A stretch of DNA of 43,061 nucleotides, from assembly GCA_934277865.1 (NCBI GenBank), contig CAKQVW010000002.1, forward strand, positions 1 through 43,061. Reading direction: 5' to 3'. Shown piece after piece: positions 8,693 to 17,090 of this stretch; the stretch's first letter is position 1, and every line of letters starts with the position of its first letter. A program made the translations under genes and the position numbers. Below the pieces are notes generated by a model that saw nothing but the letters and a program-made list of their open reading frames with translations, was not told the origin of the DNA and made no database searches. The stretch is from an uncultured Pseudobdellovibrionaceae bacterium (GTDB lineage: Bacteria; Bdellovibrionota; Bdellovibrionia; Bdellovibrionales; JAMPXM01).

Positions 8693-9043
8693 CTACGTGT
8701 CCAAGTCATGTGTGCCATCCTGAAACCTGTAACCTGAGAGTTCCATAGCCGGGCCCTTCCAGTTCGCTACGACTTCCGGGCATTCGTCTCGAAGACGCGC
8801 CATGCGTTCACGGATCTTTGCTCGCGCAATGCCGAGATTCATGATCGTCTTATCGAGTTCAAGTAGCACCGAATTCAACCGATCGACTTTCGAATCTGGA
8901 GTCTCTGCTATCTCGCGTGCGTTTAGTCGCTCGATCTCGAACGACGTCACTGTGTGGTTGATTGCTTCGAGCGTTTTGTTCAAGCACTCAACGACGGTCG
9001 CCGACGCGAGTGCCTTCTGTTCCTCGTACGGTAGCCTTGCCAT
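8693..9043 (-). CDS. Hypothetical phage protein (116 aa)
   Basis: ATG 9043 (MARLPYEEQ) follows a GAGGGGGG SD. The track's longer start at 9097 lacks one. Confidence 0.65.
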   Translation of the reverse strand: MARLPYEEQKALASATVVECLNKTLEAINHTVTSFEIERLNAREIAETPDSKVDRLNSVLLELDKTIMNLGIARAKIRERMARLRDECPEVVANWKGPAMELSGYRFQDGTHDLDT

Positions 9044-9158
9044 TCTCGATCCCCCCTCAGAAATCTTAAAAAGTCTGTCACGCCCAGTTTTGGGCAAAAA
9101 AATTCCAGCCTACGGAAACCCGTAGGAACTAGGCGTCATTGTTTGCTATGGTCGTCGA

Positions 9159-9431
9159 CTAGGAGACTGCGCCCGAAACTTCTTTTGCCGGGAAAACTAC
9201 TTCAACCGGCAGATTTAGTGTCTCGGCGAGCTTTTGACGCTGGATTTTACTCGGCACCTTCCCGCGGCGTGCGCGGCCAATGGCATCAGAGGTGAGGCCG
9301 CTGGCAACTGCCAATCGGGAAAGACCATCTGGTCGGTGTTCATAGATCCAATTGTCGATCGCTTCTCGGTTTACGCTGAGTCCGTCTTCCATGGGCACAA
9401 ATAACCACGAAGTTCGTCGCCTTGTCATCAT
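9159..9431 (-). CDS. Small HTH protein, Cro-like by position (first gene of the leftward operon)
   Basis: HTH GLSRLAVASGLTSDAIGRARRG. Divergent from the cI-like gene. The start is ambiguous (ATG 9431 or ATG 9392), and neither has a clear SD. Confidence 0.65.
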   Translation of the reverse strand: MMTRRRTSWLFVPMEDGLSVNREAIDNWIYEHRPDGLSRLAVASGLTSDAIGRARRGKVPSKIQRQKLAETLNLPVEVVFPAKEVSGAVS

Positions 9432-9440
9432 TTATGATGA
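9425..9440. promoter_or_regulatory. Candidate operator palindrome in the cro-like/cI-like divergent region
   Basis: TCATCA-TTTA-TGATGA inverted repeat, followed by ATGCAT. Lies between (or at the edge of) the divergent genes. Confidence 0.35.
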
Positions 9441-9476
9441 TGAATGCATGGATTTCAATGAGTCAGGGCATAAGTA

Positions 9477-9896
9477 TTGAGAAAAGCTGAGATTTCGATT
9501 GGTGAAATTATTCGCAATCGCCGAGTCCAGCTGGGGTTGACCCAGGGCGATGTTGCGACGAGTTCCGCCATTCCACTGAGGACCTACCAGGGAATCGAAA
9601 CAGGAAAGTCGGAGCCCGGCTTCGGGTCGCTTCGCGCGATTGCAAAGACGCTCAATCTCTCAACCGAAGACCTATGGGGCGAGGTCGGTCCGCCGCGAAA
9701 GGTCGCAGCCAGTGCGGTTCACGGGCCCCTCACTGCCGGCGACTGCGCCGCGATCTTGGAGCAATTGGAAAAGGTATCACCTTACAAGCGTGCACTGGCG
9801 CTGACGGTTCTGTTTGAAGATCCAACTCTATTCGATTCAGTCGATGTACCCGAAGAGCTTCCCGACTCTCTTCAAGCGCTTTTGAGAGTGCGATAA
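9477..9896 (+). CDS. cI-like repressor, XRE-family HTH
   Basis: N-terminal IGEIIRNRRVQLGLTQGDVATSSAIPLRTYQGIETGKSEP. One of only four plus-strand genes in the prophage. TTG start. No S24 peptidase motif in the C-terminal half. Confidence 0.8.
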   Translation: MRKAEISIGEIIRNRRVQLGLTQGDVATSSAIPLRTYQGIETGKSEPGFGSLRAIAKTLNLSTEDLWGEVGPPRKVAASAVHGPLTAGDCAAILEQLEKVSPYKRALALTVLFEDPTLFDSVDVPEELPDSLQALLRVR

Positions 9897-10027
9897 CTGC
9901 TCTAGCAAACTTCCGCGATCGTCCGTTCGGCATGCGCCACCCCTCTGTCTTTGAGTATGGCAAGCCCTGGGCCCCGGCCGCATGGGCTTCGTTCACAAAG
10001 CCCCCATCTGGGCCGAGCGGCGGATAC

Positions 10028-10615
10028 CTAAGACGCGCTATCTTTTCTCGATAGAACCGCCTGCAGCCAGTGCATCTCAGAAATAATAAGAACTCTTCCG
10101 GCCCCCTTGCGGTCTTTGTTGAGGCTCATCGCATCACGTATCTTCGTTCCATATCTGTTAGTTAGCCAATCTGGCGAGCTGTATTTACCCACTACAAGAT
10201 AGTTAAGATTCTTCACGACAGAATCCTTGATCTGCCCGCCTAACGCCTCAGTAAGGTCGTGACAAAACTGCTTAGAGCCCGCATCGAATTTCCCAGAAAA
10301 GCAGAACAGTTTTTTATCAAAGACCACATCCCTTTCATCGTCGAACTGGATCCCAAGCGGCTGACCGGCCAATCCGAAAAACTCACGCAGCTGCAGTTGA
10401 AGTCTTTTGGTCGACGCATCGTCAAAACCCCAATCTAGCGCGACCGCTAAGTGCTCACCCAATTCAGCAAATGGGAACTCATTTACAAACTCGGATCTTA
10501 CGATCTGTTCATACACATGAACCACCTGATCAATATCAAGCTTTTGTCCCCGACACAGAAGATCGAGTTGCGCGAGAAGAGCGACACGATCGCGCCTTAA
10601 ACGATTGGCTTTCAA
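10028..10615 (-). CDS. BRCT-like domain protein (195 aa) with an unassigned N-terminal domain
   Basis: The C-terminal ~95 aa fit the BRCT pattern: KLFCFSGKF...ALGGQIKDSVVKNLNYLVVG...GTKIRDA...RVLIISEMHW. TTG start 26 nt after the upstream gene. Confidence 0.75.
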   Translation of the reverse strand: MKANRLRRDRVALLAQLDLLCRGQKLDIDQVVHVYEQIVRSEFVNEFPFAELGEHLAVALDWGFDDASTKRLQLQLREFFGLAGQPLGIQFDDERDVVFDKKLFCFSGKFDAGSKQFCHDLTEALGGQIKDSVVKNLNYLVVGKYSSPDWLTNRYGTKIRDAMSLNKDRKGAGRVLIISEMHWLQAVLSRKDSAS

Positions 10616-10641
10616 AATCCCTATGGGTTCGGCCTTTTTTT

Positions 10642-11169
10642 TCAGGAGACGCCCCTTGTTGCGCTAACCGGTACGACACGGCCTTTTACCCATAGGCTAT
10701 CGATATCAACCTGCCCATCCATCGCAACCATCTTTCCCTGCTGAAGAAAACGAACGAATTCCACTTGAGTGGTTTTAAATGACATAAACGGAACGAGTTC
10801 GCTTCCAATCGCGCGCCACATAGAAAACACAACTTGGCCGTCACCATTGCTCAACTCATTACGGAAAGCTGGCGTTGCGGACTCAACACGAATCATGAAG
10901 CTTACGAATTGGAGTGCAAAACCGAACTGCATGCCTGGAGTTCTCGGCATCACGGAATCGTAGAACGTGTCGCCGGTGCGAAATGCGAACTCGGTGCCTT
11001 GGGTGATTACTGGGTAGGCTTTGCCGTTTAGCTTTCGATAGTCGAATCGAATATCTAGCGCAGGTGCGAAAACTTTTGGAACAGCGAACCGCCAGCCGTG
11101 CGCGTAACCGTTGCTATTAAAAATCGCGATCGGGATCACGGATCTTTTTGCGTTTACCAAGTTGCTCAT
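10642..11169 (-). CDS. Hypothetical 175-aa protein, first gene of the orphan two-gene cassette
   Basis: Clean ORF with an ATG start. No TM segment, signal peptide or recognisable motif. Preceded by ~220 bp of non-coding DNA. Confidence 0.7.
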   Translation of the reverse strand: MSNLVNAKRSVIPIAIFNSNGYAHGWRFAVPKVFAPALDIRFDYRKLNGKAYPVITQGTEFAFRTGDTFYDSVMPRTPGMQFGFALQFVSFMIRVESATPAFRNELSNGDGQVVFSMWRAIGSELVPFMSFKTTQVEFVRFLQQGKMVAMDGQVDIDSLWVKGRVVPVSATRGVS

Positions 11170-11388
11170 GCCATCAAGTCGGCGACCGCGTCTCGCAACT
11201 AAATTGCGCGAATGTCCCAGGTTGATAACAGGTTTAAGAATTCACAAAGTCGCGCTATCTCGAGACAAAAGCGAAGGCAGAACGCCCCGGGATGAGACCC
11301 GTCTCAAAACTGCACAAATTGTGCAATTCTGCAAATCCAACAGCCTCATCTCAAATTAGTTCTATTTGAGCCAAGAAAATTGCAGTAT

Positions 11389-11417
11389 TTGACAATCGTA
11401 ATACGGTGTCATACAAT
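11389..11417 (+). promoter_or_regulatory. Sigma70-type promoter for brnTA
   Basis: TTGACA (11389-11394), 17-nt spacer, TACAAT (11412-11417). The brnT ATG is 7 nt after the -10 element. Confidence 0.55.
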
Positions 11418-11423
11418 GGATAT

Positions 11424-11675
11424 ATGAAATTTGAATGGGACGACGTAAAGAACGACAGCAATAAGCAGAAGCACGGAATCGGCTTCGAAGACGTCCTCCC
11501 GTTGTTTGAGTCAGGCAACTACGCCATCGAGTTCGACGACGAAAACTCAACTCTTGATGAAGATAGATGGATTGCACGTGGCGCAATCTCCGGCGTTGGA
11601 CGTGTCGTAGTTGTCTTCATAGAAATCATTGATGGCGAGACAATTCGAATCATCTCTGCGAGAAAAGGTGAATAA
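11424..11675 (+). CDS. brnT: BrnT-family (DUF497) ribonuclease toxin
   Basis: MKFEWDDVKNDSNKQKHGIGFEDV ... IRIISARKGE matches the BrnT signature. The track's GTG at 11406 lies inside the promoter. Confidence 0.9.
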   Translation: MKFEWDDVKNDSNKQKHGIGFEDVLPLFESGNYAIEFDDENSTLDEDRWIARGAISGVGRVVVVFIEIIDGETIRIISARKGE

Positions 11676-11677
11676 AT

Positions 11678-11956
11678 ATGAAACTTAAAGAAGCAATGAA
11701 AGAAGCAAAGCGAACGAAGAGACCCCAACGGGTTGATGAACCGGAGCACGCCGGCGATACGAAAGTGCTTGTCTCGGCACGCCTCGATCTTGACGTTCTC
11801 AACCAGCTAAAGGCACGCGCCGAAGCGGAGAGAATTCCCTACAGCACGCTTATCAATTCGATCTTGAAGCGCCACCTTGATTTGTATCGGCTAGGGGTCG
11901 AACTCGATCTAGAGGCCCGAGTTAGCCGCCTTGAGAAAGAACTCAAGATCGGCTGA
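11678..11956 (+). CDS. brnA: BrnA-family antitoxin
   Basis: Starts 2 nt after the brnT stop. The C-terminal ...LDLDVLNQLKARAEAERIPYSTLINSILKRHL is typical of BrnA. Confidence 0.85.
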   Translation: MKLKEAMKEAKRTKRPQRVDEPEHAGDTKVLVSARLDLDVLNQLKARAEAERIPYSTLINSILKRHLDLYRLGVELDLEARVSRLEKELKIG

Positions 11957-11958
11957 TC

Positions 11959-12198
11959 TCAGCCTTCGGTATCGGCAAGGGCCTCGCGGAGCTTGATCGC
12001 CGCGGGGCCAGTAGGTTTGAAGCGCTCGAGCGCGAATCGTATCGCCTGGCGAAGATGCTTACGATCGTTGATCAATGCGAGAATTCTTTCAGGCATCGCC
12101 TCTTCGTGAAATCGCGAGAGCTCATTGAAGCTTCCATCGCGAGCCAATTCCGCGAGCTCGCGGAGCTCCTCAATCTCTTTTTCTTTCAGCTTGCTCAT
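11959..12198 (-). CDS. Hypothetical 79-aa helical protein, last gene of the late operon
   Basis: ATG 12198 (MSKLKEKEIEEL) follows a GAGGGA SD. The longer track start at 12303 is unsupported. Confidence 0.55.
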   Translation of the reverse strand: MSKLKEKEIEELRELAELARDGSFNELSRFHEEAMPERILALINDRKHLRQAIRFALERFKPTGPAAIKLREALADTEG

Positions 12199-12481
12199 CA
12201 GCGTAATCCCTCGAGTCGCTATCGTCTCTTTGAAGATCGATGATTTGCTGAAGCCGATCAGGCAAAGGTCGTCCTGGGTTCTGTTCCAGGTATTGTGCGA
12301 CAAGGTAGTTATTGATCAGTCGGATTTTGACGAACGCTCTTCGCCGCGATCTGCGACTCTGCGCCAATAACACCTTGGCGTAGGCGCCCATCAACCCGAT
12401 GCCGGCCGCGCCGATCGCGCCAATGATCTTAACGATGTCGTCGGCCGTGAGTCCGAAGATCGTTGCTAGCGTTTCTGTCAT
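12170..12481 (-). CDS. Single-TMD membrane protein of the lysis cassette (holin or i-spanin candidate)
   Basis: N-terminal TMD IIGAIGAAGIGLMGAYAKVLL followed by RRSRRR. Overlaps the endolysin stop. Confidence 0.6.
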   Translation of the reverse strand: MTETLATIFGLTADDIVKIIGAIGAAGIGLMGAYAKVLLAQSRRSRRRAFVKIRLINNYLVAQYLEQNPGRPLPDRLQQIIDLQRDDSDSRDYADEQAERKRD

Positions 12482-12873
12482 TCGTCCACCAATTCAAAGT
12501 GAACGAGATCCATGAACTTCTCGTCACGAAAATGAAGATCGCCATCCCAGTCGCCACCGAATCGGATCTTGATTCCGAGCTCTTCGGCAACGCGCTTCAC
12601 GTAACCTGCGAAGTGGTAGAACCGCTCTGTCTCTTCCCAGTTAACCGGATAGGGAGCCACATCGATCGCGCGCGACGGTGAGGAATTGTGTTTTCCTTCG
12701 GGCCATTTCTTCTTAGAACGTCCCAATCGAAATGCCTCGTCCTGTCCGGCTTGATCTCGGTGGCCACAGATCACCGTGTGATCGTACCCCTCGAGGACCT
12801 TTCGAAAGAGACGCTGAAGGTCCGGATGGCAAGTGGCCAATCGAGTCTCGCTCAGTGCCGAATACTTGGTCAT
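12478..12873 (-). CDS. Endolysin, peptidase M15 (VanY / D-Ala-D-Ala carboxypeptidase-like) family
   Basis: Zn-ligand pattern: GHRDQAGQDEAF, H..SPSRAIDVAP, DLVHFEL. ATG 12873 forms an ATGA overlap with the upstream stop. Confidence 0.85.
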   Translation of the reverse strand: MTKYSALSETRLATCHPDLQRLFRKVLEGYDHTVICGHRDQAGQDEAFRLGRSKKKWPEGKHNSSPSRAIDVAPYPVNWEETERFYHFAGYVKRVAEELGIKIRFGGDWDGDLHFRDEKFMDLVHFELVDE

Positions 12874-13202
12874 TTCCACACCCCACATCGGTTCAGTTTA
12901 TCGTTCAGCGCCTCTAGTTCCTCGATCGGAACACACGCCATTTTGTAGACCTGCGGTTCATCGCAGTTGATGGAGTCGCCATTGAATGCGCGGCGAAGTA
13001 CACACCGCCCGTCGACGTTCTTTACTTGATAGATCGAAGGCCGCCACATCGGCTCAGGTGCAGAGCGTCTGCTGGAGACGCAACCGATAGAAGACAGTGC
13101 GAGCATTGTGCAAAACAGAATCAGAATCGCAAACCAGAGATCACTTGGATCGCTGCTCGAATTTTTCTTCCACTCTGATCGCTGCATCGTCTCGCTCCTC
13201 AT
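12870..13202 (-). CDS. Membrane-anchored or lipoprotein-like protein of the lysis cassette (spanin or holin candidate)
   Basis: Hydrophobic segment LWFAILILFCTMLALSSIGC ending in Cys, a non-canonical lipobox. Cys-rich C-terminal part. Confidence 0.6.
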   Translation of the reverse strand: MRSETMQRSEWKKNSSSDPSDLWFAILILFCTMLALSSIGCVSSRRSAPEPMWRPSIYQVKNVDGRCVLRRAFNGDSINCDEPQVYKMACVPIEELEALNDKLNRCGVWK

Positions 13203-13350
13203 CTGTTTGTCCGAACCTGAATTGATGGACGGCCTTCTTAAGTTCCTCGGACCGCTTCTTGTCCTTCATTCGCTCGAGCGACCGATCGAGCACATCTCGA
13301 AAGAAACGCTCGAGCGCGAACAGAAGTGAAACGAGGAACTCTTCGGTCAT
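13141..13350 (-). CDS. Hypothetical 69-aa charged protein
   Basis: ATGA overlap with the upstream gene at 13347-13350. Overlaps the next ORF by ~60 nt. Confidence 0.45.
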   Translation of the reverse strand: MTEEFLVSLLFALERFFRDVLDRSLERMKDKKRSEELKKAVHQFRFGQTDEERDDAAIRVEEKFEQRSK

Positions 13351-13580
13351 GCTGCTTTGGAACCTTTCAGCTTCTTGCGAAGTGCATCGATGATGACGTC
13401 ATCGATCTCGCCCGGAATGAGATTCTTCAGCTTCACCAAAAAACCATCGATGTCCTGCTTCACCTCGAGCTTGGCTTCTGTGTCGGCACCCGCGTAGTCA
13501 ACGCGAATGACAACCTTGCCTTCTTCGAGCGCCAGGTCGTACTTGGCTTCTGGACCGACCGAACCTTCTTGAATATTCAT
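13347..13580 (-). CDS. Hypothetical 77-aa protein (downstream of the tail fibre genes)
   Basis: ORF in the operon. No motif recognised. Confidence 0.6.
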   Translation of the reverse strand: MNIQEGSVGPEAKYDLALEEGKVVIRVDYAGADTEAKLEVKQDIDGFLVKLKNLIPGEIDDVIIDALRKKLKGSKAA

Positions 13581-13603
13581 AGGCCTCCTTTGGTTGGGGT
13601 TCG

Positions 13604-14116
13604 CTAGAATTGAAGACTTGTGATCGCGACGTTGTTGATGGTGACCGAGGTACCGCCAAACATCTGCACTTGAAAAGTCACCGTCTTTGCGCCTGCCGAT
13701 GCTAGTGTGATTGAACCCATAAGATGGGGATCAAAGCTGCCAGTTCCATTGCTTAGTTGTCGTTGCGCAACTACTTCGCCATCAACTACAAGCCGACCTT
13801 CGACGATCCCGGTACCGGACATTGAAGTCGAACACATCGAACCGGCCCACCCGGTCTGAACCCAAAAGAGAGTCCTTCTTGCATTCCAAAATGATGAGCC
13901 AGCATAAGTGCAGACTGTTTGCCACCCGAGGCCGGCGGACACAGTAGTGCTATTGCCGACACCGCTTGCCGGAAGCACTGGCGCCAGCTTTGTGCGAGGA
14001 ATCTGTGTTCCTCCCGAAATATGAGACTCGAGCAAAGTGCCAAATTCGACCTTTGCGCCCGTCACCGCCTGATCTTCTATCTCGTTTGTGCCTACAATGG
14101 TTTTTGATGCGTCCAT
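13604..14116 (-). CDS. Tail fibre-like protein (170 aa)
   Basis: The N-terminal IEDQAVTGAKVEFGTLLESHISGG is a motif common at tail-fibre N-termini. Located in the fibre cluster. Confidence 0.6.
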   Translation of the reverse strand: MDASKTIVGTNEIEDQAVTGAKVEFGTLLESHISGGTQIPRTKLAPVLPASGVGNSTTVSAGLGWQTVCTYAGSSFWNARRTLFWVQTGWAGSMCSTSMSGTGIVEGRLVVDGEVVAQRQLSNGTGSFDPHLMGSITLASAGAKTVTFQVQMFGGTSVTINNVAITSLQF

Positions 14117-14125
14117 TTCATTGCC

Positions 14126-14635
14126 TCACGTCTTGTTAAAATCAATTCGCACAAGAAGACCGCGCGGGGTTCCGCCCTGTTTAGCAGTCAACAGTAGCCG
14201 CAAGAAATCACCTGCGAGAAGGTTCACCAAACTTAAGTTCAATATACCATTCGAGCTTATCGCTAGCGCACCGTCTGCGTGGTTCACTTTCGGTTTTGTG
14301 TTGAAGACGCTGGTCCAAGCGCCGACACCTCTCTTGAACTGAATATCGATCTCGGTGTCACCGCTCGAGCCAGCGTTTTCACAGATCAGGAAAACCCCAG
14401 TGAGGGTCAGGTTGAAATTGATTGTCGTAAGCAATGTTTGCGCATTTAGAGGTACACTTGCATAGTTGCCGTTTATCCTAAGGGTAATCGGTGGATAGAC
14501 CGTGTTACTCCCGCCCTCTAGGCTCGTCGTTCGTTCGTCGAGCTCCGACAAGTTCGTGCGAACCTTTTGAAGCATCTCGGTCTTCACCGACTTCCCAGGC
14601 AAGACCTCATTCAAATTCAACGGAGTAAAGGCCAT
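14126..14635 (-). CDS. Putative tail fibre / receptor-binding accessory protein (169 aa)
   Basis: Called from its position within the fibre cluster. No specific motif. Confidence 0.55.
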   Translation of the reverse strand: MAFTPLNLNEVLPGKSVKTEMLQKVRTNLSELDERTTSLEGGSNTVYPPITLRINGNYASVPLNAQTLLTTINFNLTLTGVFLICENAGSSGDTEIDIQFKRGVGAWTSVFNTKPKVNHADGALAISSNGILNLSLVNLLAGDFLRLLLTAKQGGTPRGLLVRIDFNKT

Positions 14636-14643
14636 CGTTCACC

Positions 14644-17082
14644 TCACCAAATCAGGAACCGCTCGAGCGACTCTTCGTCGTCATTGACGAGGTCATTCGA
14701 GTCAGAAATAAATCCGGTCGCTATTCGGCGATCGGCATTGGAATCCAAGTAGTCAGGTCCATTCGTGTCGACAAAGCAGGCGCGAGAAAAACCGCCACTA
14801 AGATCAACACATGAGATCGAGATCTCACCGTCGAGTCCCTTTGCAACCCCTTGAACCAGCACGAGAAGACGCTGGGACTCACCGCCCAGGCGCCGAGGGA
14901 TCTTCGAATGATCGACCTCGATGATGTCCCCGATGCTTGGCGCTTGGATCCCCTTGGCGCGAATCGCGAGCTCGCCCATCGCGCGATCGTGGAAAAACGC
15001 TGTTCGCATTGCCAAAACTGCTGCGTCGTCTTGGTTCACCAGCACCGAATTGATGGTTCTGGTCTTCAGGGTCTTGAGAATGTGCTTCGCGTGTTCGCTT
15101 TCCGCGGTGACGGAGGCGCGATACTCGGCGCCAATTTCCTCATGAAGCTCTCTGTGTGCGTAGGTCACGACTGTCGAGAGAGCCATCTCCTTGTTTGTCG
15201 ATGAGTATGCGACCTCGAGGACGTCTGTTTCTGAAAGTCGAAGACGGTCAACGTCGGCCCGCGGCTCCAGGAAGCGGAACCCGAAACGGAACTCCGAGGT
15301 TTGGAATACCATTCCGAAGGTGGAGACGTTTACTCGATTGATGAGCTCGCGGAATGTCGGAAGCTTCTTGTCGGTGCTCAACTCTGGAACCGCTAGGGCA
15401 AGTTGAGTTGAGCTTTCTTCGAAGGCACCGATGTCGTCTTCGGCCGCACCGGCGTCCGTGATCAACGTGCGAACGATCGCGCCAGGGGTTTGCAATAGCA
15501 CCCCCCCGGGGGTTCCATCATCTGTTCTGCCTAGTGTCTCGAGCGTGATCGTCGACTCGTCCCAGAAGCAGTCTGTCTTGTACTGCACGATTGCGCCGCT
15601 GCTATATGTGCTCGCCGTTCGAAGCGTCATCGATTCATCTGAATCGACTGACATGACTTCGAAGAATGCGAGCTGGCCTTTGGCGCGGACCAAGTACCCA
15701 GGCTTCACCCACGACTTGAACGATGTGCCTACACCAGTGACGGTTCTCGAGCCGTTAGAGAACGTCGCTGTCTCTGCGCCCTCCCGCACCGGACCTGCAT
15801 TCCACTCTGCAGTCTCTTCGAGCGTGAGCATGGCGGTCTCAGGGTCAAAGGCGTAGTCTCGATGAGGCTCGAGAAAGACACCGTCGATCTTTACGTTCTG
15901 TATCGCCATCCGGCGAACTGTCGTGCCAGCCGGGGGCGCCGTTGGAAGCGATGTCGCCAATCTGATCGTGACCTCATTGATGATCTTCCCGACGCGAGCG
16001 TTCAGTGTGCCGATGCGAACCACGTCGCCGGCAAACATATCTCGCGTCGATTGGACGAAGATCATGCTGACAGTGCTACCGGCCAGAGTCGTGGTAGTTG
16101 GGTCACGCAAGACGTGAGATGCGACCTTCCAGAAGCGATTCATCCACCGCCGCGGACTCTCGGGCGCGACTTCAATTGCTCCAGTGAAAGACTCGCCAAT
16201 CCACGGCTCCGTGAAAACGATAGTGTCTGCGTCAGAGACTTCAGCCAGCGTCATCTCAACGGCATTGATTCGGACCTTGTCGCCTGGCGAAAGGTACTTC
16301 AGCGCATTGGCATCTATGTCACACTCATCGTCGTCTTGTGTGACCGTACAGTCACCAGGCAGAAGGTAGTACCCGCCTCGCTTAGCATCGACATTGAGAG
16401 GTACGAAGCCGGCAACGCGTCCGAAGATCATGCGAACCAAGGTGTCGTCGTCGCTCTCCGAGATCTTCTCGAATCCCAATTGCGAGAGGAACGGTAGCGA
16501 CAAAGATCCGCGAAGATCCGCCATAAGGTTTTGAACTTTGAATTGAACGCTTCCACGGTTCCAAGACTTCGTTTCGACGCGGCCTTTGAAGATGCGCGTA
16601 CGGCCGCCAGAGCTGTCTTCCTCGAAGAGCTCCACGAGCTGGTTCTCGAAAAAGTACCGGTCGAAGTTCTCAACCCACCAGTCAGTGCGAAAGAAGTTGA
16701 TCGTGCCGCTCGAGTCGATCGCCAACGTGCTTTGCGCCACGATGTCTAGCTCGGTACCGAATGCCGAGATCGAAGCAAGCGAAGGCTCGTAGTACACGAC
16801 TGGCCCGCCGGCGAGATCCGCGGCCGCCTCAGTCGGTGCGATCGCGAAGTGAAATGATCTAACGACGGCCGTGAACCTGGAGTTTGGATTCTCAGGAGTG
16901 ACGATCGTAAGAACTCGAGTGCGCGCATTGAGGTCAAATGCGATCGCGACGCCATCTATCTCGACAGCGCGCACGTACTCGAGCCGCGGGAGAGTCTTCG
17001 TCCAAACGTCGCCAGGCGCACTAACCCACCCAACTTCGCGTTTCGCGGCGTTGAGTATGCAGAGCGTGTTAACTACTTTCAT
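14644..17082 (-). CDS. Large tail / host-specificity structural protein (812 aa)
   Basis: ATG 17082 (MKVVNTL) follows an AGGGGA SD directly after the upstream stop. Size and position fit a tail tip or baseplate protein. Confidence 0.75.
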   Translation of the reverse strand: MKVVNTLCILNAAKREVGWVSAPGDVWTKTLPRLEYVRAVEIDGVAIAFDLNARTRVLTIVTPENPNSRFTAVVRSFHFAIAPTEAAADLAGGPVVYYEPSLASISAFGTELDIVAQSTLAIDSSGTINFFRTDWWVENFDRYFFENQLVELFEEDSSGGRTRIFKGRVETKSWNRGSVQFKVQNLMADLRGSLSLPFLSQLGFEKISESDDDTLVRMIFGRVAGFVPLNVDAKRGGYYLLPGDCTVTQDDDECDIDANALKYLSPGDKVRINAVEMTLAEVSDADTIVFTEPWIGESFTGAIEVAPESPRRWMNRFWKVASHVLRDPTTTTLAGSTVSMIFVQSTRDMFAGDVVRIGTLNARVGKIINEVTIRLATSLPTAPPAGTTVRRMAIQNVKIDGVFLEPHRDYAFDPETAMLTLEETAEWNAGPVREGAETATFSNGSRTVTGVGTSFKSWVKPGYLVRAKGQLAFFEVMSVDSDESMTLRTASTYSSGAIVQYKTDCFWDESTITLETLGRTDDGTPGGVLLQTPGAIVRTLITDAGAAEDDIGAFEESSTQLALAVPELSTDKKLPTFRELINRVNVSTFGMVFQTSEFRFGFRFLEPRADVDRLRLSETDVLEVAYSSTNKEMALSTVVTYAHRELHEEIGAEYRASVTAESEHAKHILKTLKTRTINSVLVNQDDAAVLAMRTAFFHDRAMGELAIRAKGIQAPSIGDIIEVDHSKIPRRLGGESQRLLVLVQGVAKGLDGEISISCVDLSGGFSRACFVDTNGPDYLDSNADRRIATGFISDSNDLVNDDEESLERFLIW

Positions 17083-17090
17083 TCCCCTAG

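Noticed and set aside
9960-9990. Possible bidirectional terminator between the convergent cI-like and BRCT genes
   Set aside because: Only a 6-bp stem (AAGCCC/GGGCTT) with a 16-nt loop and no flanking T or A runs, which is too weak to call.
15862-16497. 211-aa plus-strand ORF (and several 60-140-aa ones between 14851 and 17266)
   Set aside because: They are antisense shadows inside the 812-aa tail protein gene, with Arg/Ser-rich low-complexity translations and no SD.
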